This document shows positions 50,287 through 59,532 of a stretch of 64,000 bases of DNA, in pieces. The notes under the pieces are model-generated. The model was not told the DNA's origin. It did not search any database and worked only from the letters and a program-made list of their open reading frames with translations. Numbering within the stretch: the first letter of the stretch is position 1; each line of letters opens with the position of its first letter. The DNA is from Candidatus Omnitrophota bacterium (lineage in GTDB: Bacteria > Omnitrophota > Gorgyraeia > Gygaellales > Profunditerraquicolaceae): positions 5,340 to 69,339 of the forward strand of contig JAZDMX010000008.1 of assembly GCA_043800555.1 (NCBI GenBank), given 5' to 3'. The position numbers and the translations under genes are program-made.

Positions 50287-51578
50287 GCTTCCTCCATCCT
50301 TATCGCCACGGTTTTTTCTTTAATCCCTTCCATCTTGTCGATTATGCTTAAGGCCTGGCGTATATTTTTTTCTTTTGCCTGGTGTATAAGCATTATAATC
50401 GGGACAAGCTGCGCCTTGTTAGGCTCTTTTTGAGTTACCGAGGCGATACTTATCCCCAATTTCGCCAGCACGCCCGATACCCTGGCTAGCACCCCCGGCT
50501 TATCGACGGCCGTAAAACGGATATAATACCTGCTTTCGAAATCGTCAATTTTGCGCAACCTCTCGACGCTTTTATCCGTAACGGTTTTTAGCGTCGGCCT
50601 GAAAAGCCCCGCCTCGATATCCTGGGTCAGGTCCACCAGGTCCGAAACTACTGCCGAAGCAGCCGATAACTGGCCGGCGCCCGGGCCGTAAAATAAGAGG
50701 TTTCCCGCCAAATCGCTGGAAACGTATATCGCGTTAAAAACCCCCTCAACCGAAGACAATAAATGGGCCTTAGGGATAAGGGTTGGATGCACTCTTACCT
50801 CTAAATCCGCGCCTTCTTTTTTGGCGATTGCCAGCAATTTAATTTCAAGGCCGAGTTCCTTGGCGTAATTTACATCCGCCAAGGAAACCCGGGAGATGCC
50901 CTCGACAAACACGTCTTTTAACGCCACGAACCTGCCGAAGGATAAATAAGTAAGCAGGATTAATTTATGGGCTGAATCCATCCCTTCGATATCCAAAGTA
51001 GGGTCTTTTTCCGCAAACCCCTTCAGGCGGGCTTCTTTAAGCGCCTCCGGAAAATCGCAGTTATTTTTTGACATAGACGACAAAATGTAATTGGAAGTCC
51101 CGTTTACGATGCCGAATATACTGTTGAATCTGTTAGCAACCAGCCCCTCCCGGAGGGACTTGATAATCGGTATCCCCGCTCCGACAGAAGCCTCGAAATA
51201 AATGCTTTTTCCGCGGTCGGCGGCAGCGGTAAACAATTCCTGCCCCTGTTGCGCGAGAAGGGCTTTATTGGCGGTAACCACATTCTTGCCTTTCTTTAAG
51301 GCTTCCAAAATGAATTCTTTTGCCGGATGTATCCCCCCGATTAATTCCACCAGGATATCGATTTGCGGATCATTAATCAATTCTTTTGCCTCGCAAGTGA
51401 GCATTTCCCTGTTTACGGAGACGTTGCGCCGGGCGGATATATCCTGGTCGCAAATCTTCTTTATATTTATCTCTAATCCGGTTTTCTCGCTTAGCAGGGC
51501 TTTCCTTTCGCGTAAGATCTTGACAACCCCGGAGCCGATATTGCCGAAACCAATCAAGCCGACATTAATCCTTTTCAT
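50283..51578 (-). CDS. hom: Homoserine dehydrogenase with ACT domain
   Basis: [38 protein letters not shown]. Confidence 0.97.
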   Translation of the reverse strand: MKRINVGLIGFGNIGSGVVKILRERKALLSEKTGLEINIKKICDQDISARRNVSVNREMLTCEAKELINDPQIDILVELIGGIHPAKEFILEALKKGKNVVTANKALLAQQGQELFTAAADRGKSIYFEASVGAGIPIIKSLREGLVANRFNSIFGIVNGTSNYILSSMSKNNCDFPEALKEARLKGFAEKDPTLDIEGMDSAHKLILLTYLSFGRFVALKDVFVEGISRVSLADVNYAKELGLEIKLLAIAKKEGADLEVRVHPTLIPKAHLLSSVEGVFNAIYVSSDLAGNLLFYGPGAGQLSAASAVVSDLVDLTQDIEAGLFRPTLKTVTDKSVERLRKIDDFESRYYIRFTAVDKPGVLARVSGVLAKLGISIASVTQKEPNKAQLVPIIMLIHQAKEKNIRQALSIIDKMEGIKEKTVAIRMEEA

Positions 51579-51939
51579 TTTCTTCCTTTTTTTTCTTGAT
51601 GTAGTAACCTACCGTTTCATCAATGACCTTCTTGCGCCTTTCATCTACCGCTAAAAATTCAATCCGGGTATCGTAAATCATATCCTTCATTATTTCCCTG
51701 GATTCAAGCACTCTCCCGATGATCATAATGGGATGCGGGTCAAACGGCAGCCTTATTTCCAAAGCCAGGTTTACGCCGCTATTAAATTCTTTATTGGTGG
51801 TTAAAAGCATGCCGCCCATGCAAATGTTTTTAGTCTGGCTTATATCGATACTATCGTCTTCGTTCATTATGCGATAGGAAACAATAAAACGCCCGACCGC
51901 CCTCGGATGTTTTCTTTTCTCCGGCCCGCCATAGCTCAT
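51565..51939 (-). CDS. Stand-alone PilZ-domain protein
   Basis: EKRKHPR and NICMGG; likely start MSYGG. Confidence 0.85.
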   Translation of the reverse strand: MSYGGPEKRKHPRAVGRFIVSYRIMNEDDSIDISQTKNICMGGMLLTTNKEFNSGVNLALEIRLPFDPHPIMIIGRVLESREIMKDMIYDTRIEFLAVDERRKKVIDETVGYYIKKKKEENEKD

Positions 51940-52337
51940 TTGGCACCTCCGCGCAGTATCGATAAACACCACAGGATATATTTATGTATCAGGACCTTTT
52001 GTTCTTTTTCCAAATCCAGGAACGAAACCCTTAAAAGAGAGGTCTCCAGATCCGGGTCAAAATTCTTGTTCCGCGGCTTTTCGACAGCCACAAGCTTTCC
52101 GGCTACTTCAAACCACTCAAACGGCCTAAGCGGTATCCGGATCAACATATGCACCGTAGACCCCAGGGAAAACTTCCCGTTTGCCAAAAAGCTTACCCCG
52201 TTTTCGCCTATATCCTGTATCGAGGTAATGTCCCATTTTCTCGCGGAAGCATCGGTATCGACTGAAAACTGGATAATCAGGTGCTTCTCTACGCGCTTAC
52301 TTTTCCGCTTCTCTTCAGGATTTTCCTTGTTTCCCAT
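51936..52337 (-). CDS. Stand-alone PilZ-domain protein
   Basis: EKRKSKR and DIGENG. Confidence 0.8.
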   Translation of the reverse strand: MGNKENPEEKRKSKRVEKHLIIQFSVDTDASARKWDITSIQDIGENGVSFLANGKFSLGSTVHMLIRIPLRPFEWFEVAGKLVAVEKPRNKNFDPDLETSLLRVSFLDLEKEQKVLIHKYILWCLSILRGGAK

Positions 52338-52360
52338 TTACTTTTCCCGCCCTAATTTAG

Positions 52361-52435
52361 TCGGGGAGGTGGGACTTGAACCCACGGCCTTTTGAACCCC
52401 ATTCAAACGCGCTAGCCAAACTGCGCTACTCCCCG
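52361..52435 (-). tRNA. tRNA-Pro(GGG)
   Basis: CGGGGAG..CTCCCCG acceptor stem; TTTGA-ATGGGGT-TCAAA anticodon arm; GTTCAAGT T-loop; CCA not encoded. Confidence 0.95.
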
Positions 52436-52451
52436 ATATTTCACAATAATC

Positions 52452-53447
52452 CTATTCTTCCTTTTTTTTCCGGTCCATCAAATCCTTAAAAGCCTTGATA
52501 ACGGGCTTATTCCTGTAAATGATATTATAAACCTCTTTGGTAATAGGCAGGTCCACTTTATACTTTAAGCTTAAGGCCCGCGCGGATTTTGCGGTAGGGA
52601 CCCCCTCGGCAACCCCTGCCTGATGGATCCGTCGCAATGCCTTGCCCCTGCCGACTTCTTCCCCCACAAACCTGTTCCGGCTATGCGGGCTGATGCAAGT
52701 GGTAACCAAATCCCCTAACCCGCTTATTCCGCTAAATGTGCTTGCCTTTGCCCCCATAGCAACTCCAAGCCTGGAAATTTCAGCCAAGCCCCGCGCCAGG
52801 ATGGCCGCTTTAGTATTTGCCCCAAAGCCCAAGCCATCAGAGATGCCGCAAGCTATGGCGATAACGTTTTTAAGGCTGCCCCCCAGCTCGACTCCGGTCA
52901 CGTCATTATTGGTGTATACCCTGAACCTATCCGTCATAAAAACGCCTTGCAGGAATTTCCTTGCCTTTTTATCCGCCGAAGCGATTACCGCTACCGCGGG
53001 CAACCCCTGGGCGATTTCATAAGCGATTGTGGGCCCGGAAAGAACGGCCAGCTTCACTTTTCCCAGCTCGCTATAAATTATTTCCGAAACCCGCATCAAG
53101 CTGCCGATTTCAATCCCTTTGGTGACGCTGAGGTATACCGCTTTAGAAGGATAACCCGCTTGGCAGGCCTTTTTTAAAACCCGGCGCATATATTGCGAGG
53201 GCACCGCCAAAACAATTATATCCTTATCCTTTAAGGCGCATCTCAAGTCGCTGGTAAAAATTACGCCTTTGGGGATTTTAATCCCCGGCAGGAATTTTTC
53301 GTTTACCCTTTTTTTATTGGTATTGTTTATATTCCCGGCAAACGCCCCCCAGACAACAACGCTAAATCCTTTTTTCGATAAAAGGATTGCCAGCGTAGTC
53401 CCCCAGCCGCCGTCGCCTAAAATTGCTATTTCAGGTTTATGTCCCAT
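52452..53447 (-). CDS. gpsA: NAD(P)H-dependent glycerol-3-phosphate dehydrogenase
   Basis: ILGDGGWGT, LSGPT, GGSLKNVIAIACG, GLGDLVTTC..SRN. Confidence 0.97.
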   Translation of the reverse strand: MGHKPEIAILGDGGWGTTLAILLSKKGFSVVVWGAFAGNINNTNKKRVNEKFLPGIKIPKGVIFTSDLRCALKDKDIIVLAVPSQYMRRVLKKACQAGYPSKAVYLSVTKGIEIGSLMRVSEIIYSELGKVKLAVLSGPTIAYEIAQGLPAVAVIASADKKARKFLQGVFMTDRFRVYTNNDVTGVELGGSLKNVIAIACGISDGLGFGANTKAAILARGLAEISRLGVAMGAKASTFSGISGLGDLVTTCISPHSRNRFVGEEVGRGKALRRIHQAGVAEGVPTAKSARALSLKYKVDLPITKEVYNIIYRNKPVIKAFKDLMDRKKKEE

Positions 53448-53803
53448 GTTTTAGCCGTAATCCCCTGTTCTTCACGCGTAATAAATCTTACCCCCACGTC
53501 AAAATTATCCAGCCCCTTGGATTCAACCCTTACCACCTTGCCGATAATGCCGTTTTGATAGATAAAAACCCTTTTCTCTAGCTCCGCGCATACGGATAAA
53601 ACCCCCCGGTCAAAAGAAAGCCAGACTATGTCCTCGGGGCTGACTCCTTCCTTTACGTTACACAAGAGGCCGGCGGAACTTACGTTAGAGGTATAGCCTT
53701 CCAGCAATTTAGAAATAGTTTCTTTCTTGCAAACCTTGTAGGCTAAAGGAGTGGAGTAATCCAGCCTGGTAAATTCCCTGCGCTCCGTAGAGTTATTTTC
53801 CAT
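53426..53803 (-). CDS. Stand-alone PilZ-domain protein
   Basis: ERREFTR and NVSSAG; GKVVRV..VGVRF. Confidence 0.85.
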   Translation of the reverse strand: MENNSTERREFTRLDYSTPLAYKVCKKETISKLLEGYTSNVSSAGLLCNVKEGVSPEDIVWLSFDRGVLSVCAELEKRVFIYQNGIIGKVVRVESKGLDNFDVGVRFITREEQGITAKTWDINLK

Positions 53804-54552
53804 TATTTTATGGTCAAATTTTGCTTATTTGTCCTAAGTTTAGCCAGGTCCCAGGCGTAATCATAAAGATGCAAGCCCTTGCTTGCCGCAATGATCTCGC
53901 CGTCTTCCACTCCTATTTCCTCCGCCATATACTGTTTTACTAATTGCAGGCCGCCGAGGTTTGAGGGAAATCCGCCCCAGAGGTCCCAGGAGCGAAAATA
54001 GAGCATAAAATGCAGCTTGCCGTAGCGGATCCTGGTATCAATTATCCTTAAGCACGGCGGGTCGATTAATTTTATGTCCGAGGGCATCCCAATCTCCATC
54101 ACCGCTTGGTTGGTGCCGGGGCCTTTATCTTTATAAAGCTTGATTACTTCTTCGATCTGATTGACCCCTAAAGGCATCTCTTTGGACATCTCTTGCCCGC
54201 CTACCTTTTCTTTCACTTTAACCGCGGGGTTAACCAGCCTTTCTCCGTAAGTATAGTCTTCGGTTTCGGTTTTTGTGCCCGTCATAAGGTAGCTTAAATA
54301 ACCCTGGATATAATCCATATCCGTAGGCGCCGGTATAGTCATTCCTTCGGGAATTATGGGGATAATCTGGTGCGCCGGCTTTTTTACGCGCACTACGCAA
54401 TAATCGAATTCAAGCCGTTTTTGGCCTTCATAGCTTCCTTTGGTTATGGTATAAACATGGCCGTGATCAAGTATTTCGGATAAACACTGGAACCAGGCGT
54501 CATCCAGATCAAAAGCATCGATATAAACCGGTTTCAATAGCCCTTCGCTCAT
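53803..54552 (-). CDS. thyA: Thymidylate synthase family protein, archaeal-like
   Basis: YTYGERL, DPPCLR, FRSWDLWGGFPSNL, GLHLY. Confidence 0.85.
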   Translation of the reverse strand: MSEGLLKPVYIDAFDLDDAWFQCLSEILDHGHVYTITKGSYEGQKRLEFDYCVVRVKKPAHQIIPIIPEGMTIPAPTDMDYIQGYLSYLMTGTKTETEDYTYGERLVNPAVKVKEKVGGQEMSKEMPLGVNQIEEVIKLYKDKGPGTNQAVMEIGMPSDIKLIDPPCLRIIDTRIRYGKLHFMLYFRSWDLWGGFPSNLGGLQLVKQYMAEEIGVEDGEIIAASKGLHLYDYAWDLAKLRTNKQNLTIK

Positions 54553-54572
54553 CTAATCCTTTTGGTTAAATG

Positions 54573-54959
54573 CTACTTGCCAAGTTTTTCCTTAGCGTCC
54601 TTAATAAACGCCTTAAAACAACCGATGATCTGCGGAATCGAAGCGTTTTTTCCTATATACCCGGCGCAGCCGTATTCGTTGGATTTGGTGACCAATTGCT
54701 CGTCATAGCCAAAGCCGGTAATCATAATGACAATCGCGGCTGGCTTTTTCTCTTTGATTTTCTTGAGGGTTTCCATCCCGCTTGCGCCGCCGAGCTTTAC
54801 ATCCAGCAGGACAGCTTCAAAATCAACCTTATCTATTAATTCAAGCGCCTCTTCTCCGGTGGCAGACGCCTGGACAGAGTAACCCTCTTTCCGCAGTAAG
54901 TCTTTGAGCATATCCCTTACCGGCGATTCATCGTCAACTACCAGGATTTTACCGGGCAT
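54573..54959 (-). CDS. Single-domain response regulator (receiver only)
   Basis: ILVVDDE, LLDVKL, MITGFG, YIGK. Confidence 0.92.
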   Translation of the reverse strand: MPGKILVVDDESPVRDMLKDLLRKEGYSVQASATGEEALELIDKVDFEAVLLDVKLGGASGMETLKKIKEKKPAAIVIMITGFGYDEQLVTKSNEYGCAGYIGKNASIPQIIGCFKAFIKDAKEKLGK

Positions 54960-54960
54960 A

Positions 54961-56436
54961 TCATTCTCCTTTTCCTGTAACGGGAAGTTTTATGGTAAAG
55001 GTCGTGCCTTTGCCGGTTTGACTGTCAACTTCTATGGAACCATGATGGTTCTTGATAATATTATAACAGATAGAAAGCCCCAAGCCAGTCCCTTCATTTT
55101 TGGTCGAGAAAAAAGGCATAAACAGGTTCTTTAAATTATCCGGGCTTATGCCGTAACCGGTGTCAGAGATCCTGATCCTGACAAATTCCTGGCCAGAGGG
55201 TTTATCCGTGGCTATTGTGAGGTCCCCGCCATTTGGCATCGCCTGGCAGGCGTTGATGCATATATTTATAAGGACTTCCTGTAATTGATGGGCATCGGCC
55301 CGGACCAAAGGAAGCTCTTTGGCAAAAGATTTGATTATCTTTATTTTATGAGACGGCATCTTATGGTAAGCGATAAAAGGCAGGACATTCTTAATTACCT
55401 TATTGATGTCCAGGTTTTCCCGGTTCGGCGAAGCCTTGCGCGCAAAGGCGAGGAAGCGGTCCACGAGGCTGCGGATCCTGCCCGCCTGGGAATCGATTAT
55501 TTTTAAATCACTCCTTAGCCTGGAGGGCATTTTCTTATTGCCTAAAAGCATTTGCAACCTTCCGGAAATTACAAAAAGCGGGTTATTTATTTCATGGGCC
55601 ATGCCGGCGGCAAGCTTGCCCACGGCAGCCATCTTCTCGGATTGAAAGATTTGGTATTCGAGCTTTTTTTCTTCCGTTACGTCTTTGGCGATAAAAATAT
55701 AACCGACGTGCTTAAGGTCTGCGTCAAGAAACCGGCTTACCCCCAACATCACCGGAAAAGAGGCGCCGTCCTTTTTAACGAGGCAGGCCTCCAGTTCGCA
55801 TTGGCCGTGTTCTTTTACCTGCTCGAATATAAAAGGGAGCTTATGCATTGCATCGTCAAGGCTGTGCAAAAGCCCGGCGTGCTTAAAGGCAATCTCGCTT
55901 TTTTGCCAGCCGAACATCGTTTCAAAACCCATGCCGCAATAAGTGATATTGCCTTCTAAGTTAACCGAATAGAGGGCGTATTCCTTGATGTTAGAGAGTA
56001 TATTCCTAAGGGTATCGTCGATTTTCTTGAGGGAAGCCTCTCTTTCTTTCAGCAAGGTTACGTCGCTGCCTAAAAGCAGTATCCCTTCCAGGGCCTTTGG
56101 CCCGGCGAGCATCGGGGTTATGTTCCAGGATATAACGCGCTCCCTTTTTGAGCTATCCACCACCGAGGCCTCGAAAATATTCGGCCTTTTATAAGTAATC
56201 GTATCCAGCAAAACGGCTTTAATCATCTGTTCTTTTATGGCGGCGTTAGAATCATTGTATAAAATTTCGGCCCAGCGCTTGCCGATAAGCTCCTGCCTCG
56301 GTTTTCCGGAAATCTCTTCCGCTTTTTTATTGCACATGGAAATATCCCCGCAAGGGTCCAGGTATAAAACGATCGCATTGGACTCTTCCAGGAGCCCGTT
56401 AACCGGTTTATCTATGCTTTTATAGCCAGAGTTCAT
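54961..56436 (-). CDS. Cytoplasmic PAS-PAS sensor histidine kinase (NtrB-like)
   Basis: Two PAS domains, AHEINNPL, NACQA, DTGYG, PFFSTK, GTGLGL; no TM. Confidence 0.95.
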   Translation of the reverse strand: MNSGYKSIDKPVNGLLEESNAIVLYLDPCGDISMCNKKAEEISGKPRQELIGKRWAEILYNDSNAAIKEQMIKAVLLDTITYKRPNIFEASVVDSSKRERVISWNITPMLAGPKALEGILLLGSDVTLLKEREASLKKIDDTLRNILSNIKEYALYSVNLEGNITYCGMGFETMFGWQKSEIAFKHAGLLHSLDDAMHKLPFIFEQVKEHGQCELEACLVKKDGASFPVMLGVSRFLDADLKHVGYIFIAKDVTEEKKLEYQIFQSEKMAAVGKLAAGMAHEINNPLFVISGRLQMLLGNKKMPSRLRSDLKIIDSQAGRIRSLVDRFLAFARKASPNRENLDINKVIKNVLPFIAYHKMPSHKIKIIKSFAKELPLVRADAHQLQEVLINICINACQAMPNGGDLTIATDKPSGQEFVRIRISDTGYGISPDNLKNLFMPFFSTKNEGTGLGLSICYNIIKNHHGSIEVDSQTGKGTTFTIKLPVTGKGE

Positions 56437-56441
56437 TTTCT

Positions 56442-56515
56442 TGGAGCGGGTGATCGGAATCGAACCGACATATATAGCTTGGAAGGCTATTGTTCTACCA
56501 TTGAACTACACCCGC
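56442..56515 (-). tRNA. tRNA-Gly(TCC)
   Basis: GCGGGTG..CACCCGC-TCCA; ATAGC-CTTCCAA-GCTAT anticodon arm. Confidence 0.97.
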
Positions 56516-56547
56516 AATATAACACATTATTCAAACAGAAGATTTAT

Positions 56548-56630
56548 TGGGCAGGAGAGGATTCGAACCTCTGAAGCACAAGTGCAGCAGATTTACAGTC
56601 TGCCCCCTTTGGCCACTTGGGTACCTACCC
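56548..56630 (-). tRNA. tRNA-Tyr(GTA)
   Basis: GGGTAGG..CCTGCCC-A; GCAGA-CTGTAAA-TCTGC; long variable arm. Confidence 0.97.
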
Positions 56631-56658
56631 TTATTTGAATAACTGTTTATCCTAATAA

Positions 56659-56731
56659 AGCCGGCGAGAGGAATTGAACCCCCGACCATCTGTTTACAAA
56701 ACAGACGCTCTGCCAACTGAGCTACGCCGGC
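56659..56731 (-). tRNA. tRNA-Thr(TGT)
   Basis: GCCGGCG..CGCCGGC; TCTGT-TTTGTAA-ACAGA anticodon arm. Confidence 0.96.
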
Positions 56732-56732
56732 G

Positions 56733-57596
56733 TTAACCGCTCATCTTAATCGCTTCAGGGATTTTAGCAATAATATCCGAAGCAATCAAGGAAATTTGCG
56801 TTTTTTCTTTTGCCGCCAGGTCTCCGGCTAACCCGTGCAGATAAACCCCGTATTTTGCGGCGGAAAAACCTTCCAGCCCTTGGCCTAAAAACGCGGCAAT
56901 AATCCCGGTCAAGACATCGCCGCTTCCGGCGGAACTCATCCCGGGGTTCCCCGTTTTATTAATATATAAACGGCCTTTTTCGCTGCTGACTACCGTATTA
57001 TGCCCTTTTAGCGCTAACGTCAATTTAAAGCTTTGGGAAAATTCACGGGCTATTTCCCCTCTGTTTCTTTGGATTTCATCCACCGTAGCCCCCAATAAAC
57101 GCGCCATCTCCTTAGGATGCGGAGTTAAAACAACCGGCTGCCGGCATCCTTTAGCCGGGAGCAAGGCGCTCAAATGGCCGGCTAAGGCGTTGAGCCCGTC
57201 GGCATCGATAACCATAGGCTTATCGATATGCCGCGCTATTTTACGCGTTAGGGACTGAGTGGATTTGTCCCGGCTTAACCCCGGGCCGATAACCAATATG
57301 TCAATTTTTTTGGCAAAACTTTTTATTTGAGCGTACGCGCTTTTGGCTAGCGCGCCGCCGGCAGTTTGCGGCAGGGGCAAAGTCATTACTTCTTTAAGCT
57401 TGGCCTTGATTATCGCGTTATTTATCCCCCGGGGTATCCCTAAGGTGACCAGTCCCGCCCCCGAACGCATAGCGGCTTCCGCGCAAAGAAGGGCTGCCCC
57501 GGAATAAGCCCGGGAACCAGCCAGGACAAAAATATGCCCGTAATCCCCTTTATTACTTTCGGATCTTCTTAGTAATAATCGCGTTGGCAACCGCAT
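56733..57596 (-). CDS. nnrD: ADP-dependent NAD(P)HX dehydratase (YjeF C-domain only)
   Basis: SNKGDYG, GAGLV, IGPGL, IDADGL, LTPHPKE, GSGDVLTG. Confidence 0.95.
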   Translation of the reverse strand: MRLPTRLLLRRSESNKGDYGHIFVLAGSRAYSGAALLCAEAAMRSGAGLVTLGIPRGINNAIIKAKLKEVMTLPLPQTAGGALAKSAYAQIKSFAKKIDILVIGPGLSRDKSTQSLTRKIARHIDKPMVIDADGLNALAGHLSALLPAKGCRQPVVLTPHPKEMARLLGATVDEIQRNRGEIAREFSQSFKLTLALKGHNTVVSSEKGRLYINKTGNPGMSSAGSGDVLTGIIAAFLGQGLEGFSAAKYGVYLHGLAGDLAAKEKTQISLIASDIIAKIPEAIKMSG

Positions 57597-57915
57597 AATT
57601 CTTTACGTGAGATATGGAGATAGCTACATCCGCGTCCTTGCCCTTGGCGTTCAGGAACTTACAGGAGGGCTTGCCTGTTTTATCATTTAATATTTCAATA
57701 TCTTTCCAATTCAATTCCGCTTCCCCCAGGGCTTTGAATACCGCTTCTTTGGCGGCGAATCTTCCCGCCAAATGCTGGTATAGGCTGCCCCGGGTTTTGG
57801 CGTTTACCAGCTCCCGGCCGGTAAATACGCGGTTTAAAAACGCCTCTCCCCATTTCTCTGCCGCCTTTTTTATGCGGCTTACTTCAGTTATATCCACTCC
57901 GGTCCCTAAAATCAT
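57553..57915 (-). CDS. acpS: Holo-ACP synthase
   Basis: GTGVDI, AGRFAAKEAVFKA, ISISH. Confidence 0.97.
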   Translation of the reverse strand: MILGTGVDITEVSRIKKAAEKWGEAFLNRVFTGRELVNAKTRGSLYQHLAGRFAAKEAVFKALGEAELNWKDIEILNDKTGKPSCKFLNAKGKDADVAISISHVKNYAVANAIITKKIRK

Positions 57916-57916
57916 A

Positions 57917-58627
57917 TTAATTTATCAGTTCTTTCATTTCTTTAACGGCCTTGGCTAAACCCGCCAATACCGCCCGGGAAATTATCGAATGGCCTATGTT
58001 CAGTTCTTCGATACCCTTGATCCGGGCGACCGAAGAAACATTATCATAATTCAGGCCGTGCCCGGCAAAAACCCGCAGGTTAAATTCTTTCGCCAATTCA
58101 ACCGCCGATTGCAGCTGCTTGAGAAACCTCTCCTTTTCCTTCCTGCTCTTGGCGTTTGCGTAAGAACCGGTATGGAATTCGACCATTGCGGCTTGGCTTG
58201 ATTTGGCGGCCGCAACCTGTTTTCTGACCGGGTCAATAAATAAGCTCACCCCGATACCGGCGGCTTCCAGCCTCTTAACGGCGTTATTTATCTTATTCTG
58301 GTTGGAAGCTACATCTAAACCGCCTTCCGTAGTCAGCTCCCGGCGCCTTTCCGGGACCAAAGTTGCTTGATCGGGTTTTATCCTGGAGGCGATATCGATA
58401 ATTTCAGCAGTTGCCGACATCTCGAGGTTAAACCTTACCTTGACCGCCTTTTTCAATAAAAGCACGTCTTTATCGTTAATGTGCCTGCGGTCTTCCCTTA
58501 GATGGGCGACAATCGCGTCTGCTCCGCTTGCCTGGGCTATCAAAGCAGCCGCTACAGGCACGGGCTCTAATCCGCCCCTTGCCTCTCTTAGCGTCGCGAC
58601 ATGGTCGATATTTACGCCTAAACGCAT
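57917..58627 (-). CDS. pdxJ: Pyridoxine 5'-phosphate synthase
   Basis: MRLGVNIDHVATLR, HLREDRRHI, TTEGG, AGHGL, LNIGH; start trimmed to MRLG. Confidence 0.97.
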   Translation of the reverse strand: MRLGVNIDHVATLREARGGLEPVPVAAALIAQASGADAIVAHLREDRRHINDKDVLLLKKAVKVRFNLEMSATAEIIDIASRIKPDQATLVPERRRELTTEGGLDVASNQNKINNAVKRLEAAGIGVSLFIDPVRKQVAAAKSSQAAMVEFHTGSYANAKSRKEKERFLKQLQSAVELAKEFNLRVFAGHGLNYDNVSSVARIKGIEELNIGHSIISRAVLAGLAKAVKEMKELIN

Positions 58628-58631
58628 AATA

Positions 58632-58769
58632 TTATTGCCCCAAGAACATCTCTTCCTTGATATACAGCCAAACAATGACCGCAAAAATCAAAGAGATGAG
58701 CTTTAACCAGGGATGATACGTAAAAATATGGATTATCCTGTAGATTATATTAATACTCTTTTTTGCCAT
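58632..58769 (-). CDS. 45-aa single-TM peptide resembling the CdaR (YbbR) membrane anchor
   Basis: Manual translation MAKKSINIIYRIIHIFTYHPWLKLISLIFAVIVWLYIKEEMFLGQ*; starts 1 nt after the cdaA stop and ends 4 nt before the pdxJ ATG. Confidence 0.7.
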   Translation of the reverse strand: MAKKSINIIYRIIHIFTYHPWLKLISLIFAVIVWLYIKEEMFLGQ

Positions 58770-58770
58770 G

Positions 58771-59532
58771 CTATTGCCTTGCCTTAATTATCTCTTTTAG
58801 TTTTAGAAACAGGTATTCGTGTGCCAGGTTATTGTATAAATTCCCCTTGTAAACCAGCGAGATATCCTGCCTCTCCTCGGAAACTACGATTATAACCGCG
58901 TCAGTTTCTTCGCTTAAGCCGATTGCCGCCCTATGGCGTGTCCCAAAGATACGGTTTATGTCAAGCCTCTGGGCAAGCGGGAAAAGCGCTCCGGCGCTTA
59001 CGATCCTGCCCCGTTGAATAATCAGGGCCCCGTCATGCAGCGGGTTATTGGGAGTAAATATCGCCTGGATCAATTCCGAAGAAATCCTGGACTCAACCCT
59101 GACCCCGCTTTCTATGTATCCGGATAGCGAATCGTTTTTCTCAATGGCGATAAGGGCGCCGATTTTATAGCCGGCAAGCTCCTCTGCCGCTTTGATGACT
59201 TCTTTAAGCATATGGTCAATTTCTTCTTCGTCCATGGAATTGGTGAAAATATTGCGTTGCCCTAGCCGCGCCAGCGCCTGCCTTATTTCAGGATGGAAAA
59301 TTACCAAAAGCGCGATTACGGAAGTCGAGAAAAAATTCTTAAATAACCAATCCAGCCTTTCCAGGCCTAATTTCTGGAAGATAAAGAATGCCACCAGGAC
59401 AATGGCGATCCCCCGCATGACCTGTATAGCGCGGGAGCCTTCGAAAAAAAGCATCGCCCGGTAAATTACAATCCAGAGGATTGTAATTTCAAGGATCGAT
59501 ACCCAATGCGTCAAAATATTCTCAAGGCTCAT
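58771..59532 (-). CDS. cdaA: Diadenylate cyclase
   Basis: Three TMs, FHPEIRQAL, PLHDGA, GTRHRAA, VSEE. Confidence 0.96.
   Translation of the reverse strand: MSLENILTHWVSILEITILWIVIYRAMLFFEGSRAIQVMRGIAIVLVAFFIFQKLGLERLDWLFKNFFSTSVIALLVIFHPEIRQALARLGQRNIFTNSMDEEEIDHMLKEVIKAAEELAGYKIGALIAIEKNDSLSGYIESGVRVESRISSELIQAIFTPNNPLHDGALIIQRGRIVSAGALFPLAQRLDINRIFGTRHRAAIGLSEETDAVIIVVSEERQDISLVYKGNLYNNLAHEYLFLKLKEIIKARQ

Noticed and set aside
52361-56515. Genomic island between tRNA-Gly and tRNA-Pro
   Set aside because: No integrase, no duplicated tRNA 3' end, core-like composition, and it contains gpsA and thyA.
56441-56716. ORFs 56441-56638 (+) and 56531-56716 (-)
   Set aside because: They overlap three well-formed tRNA genes.
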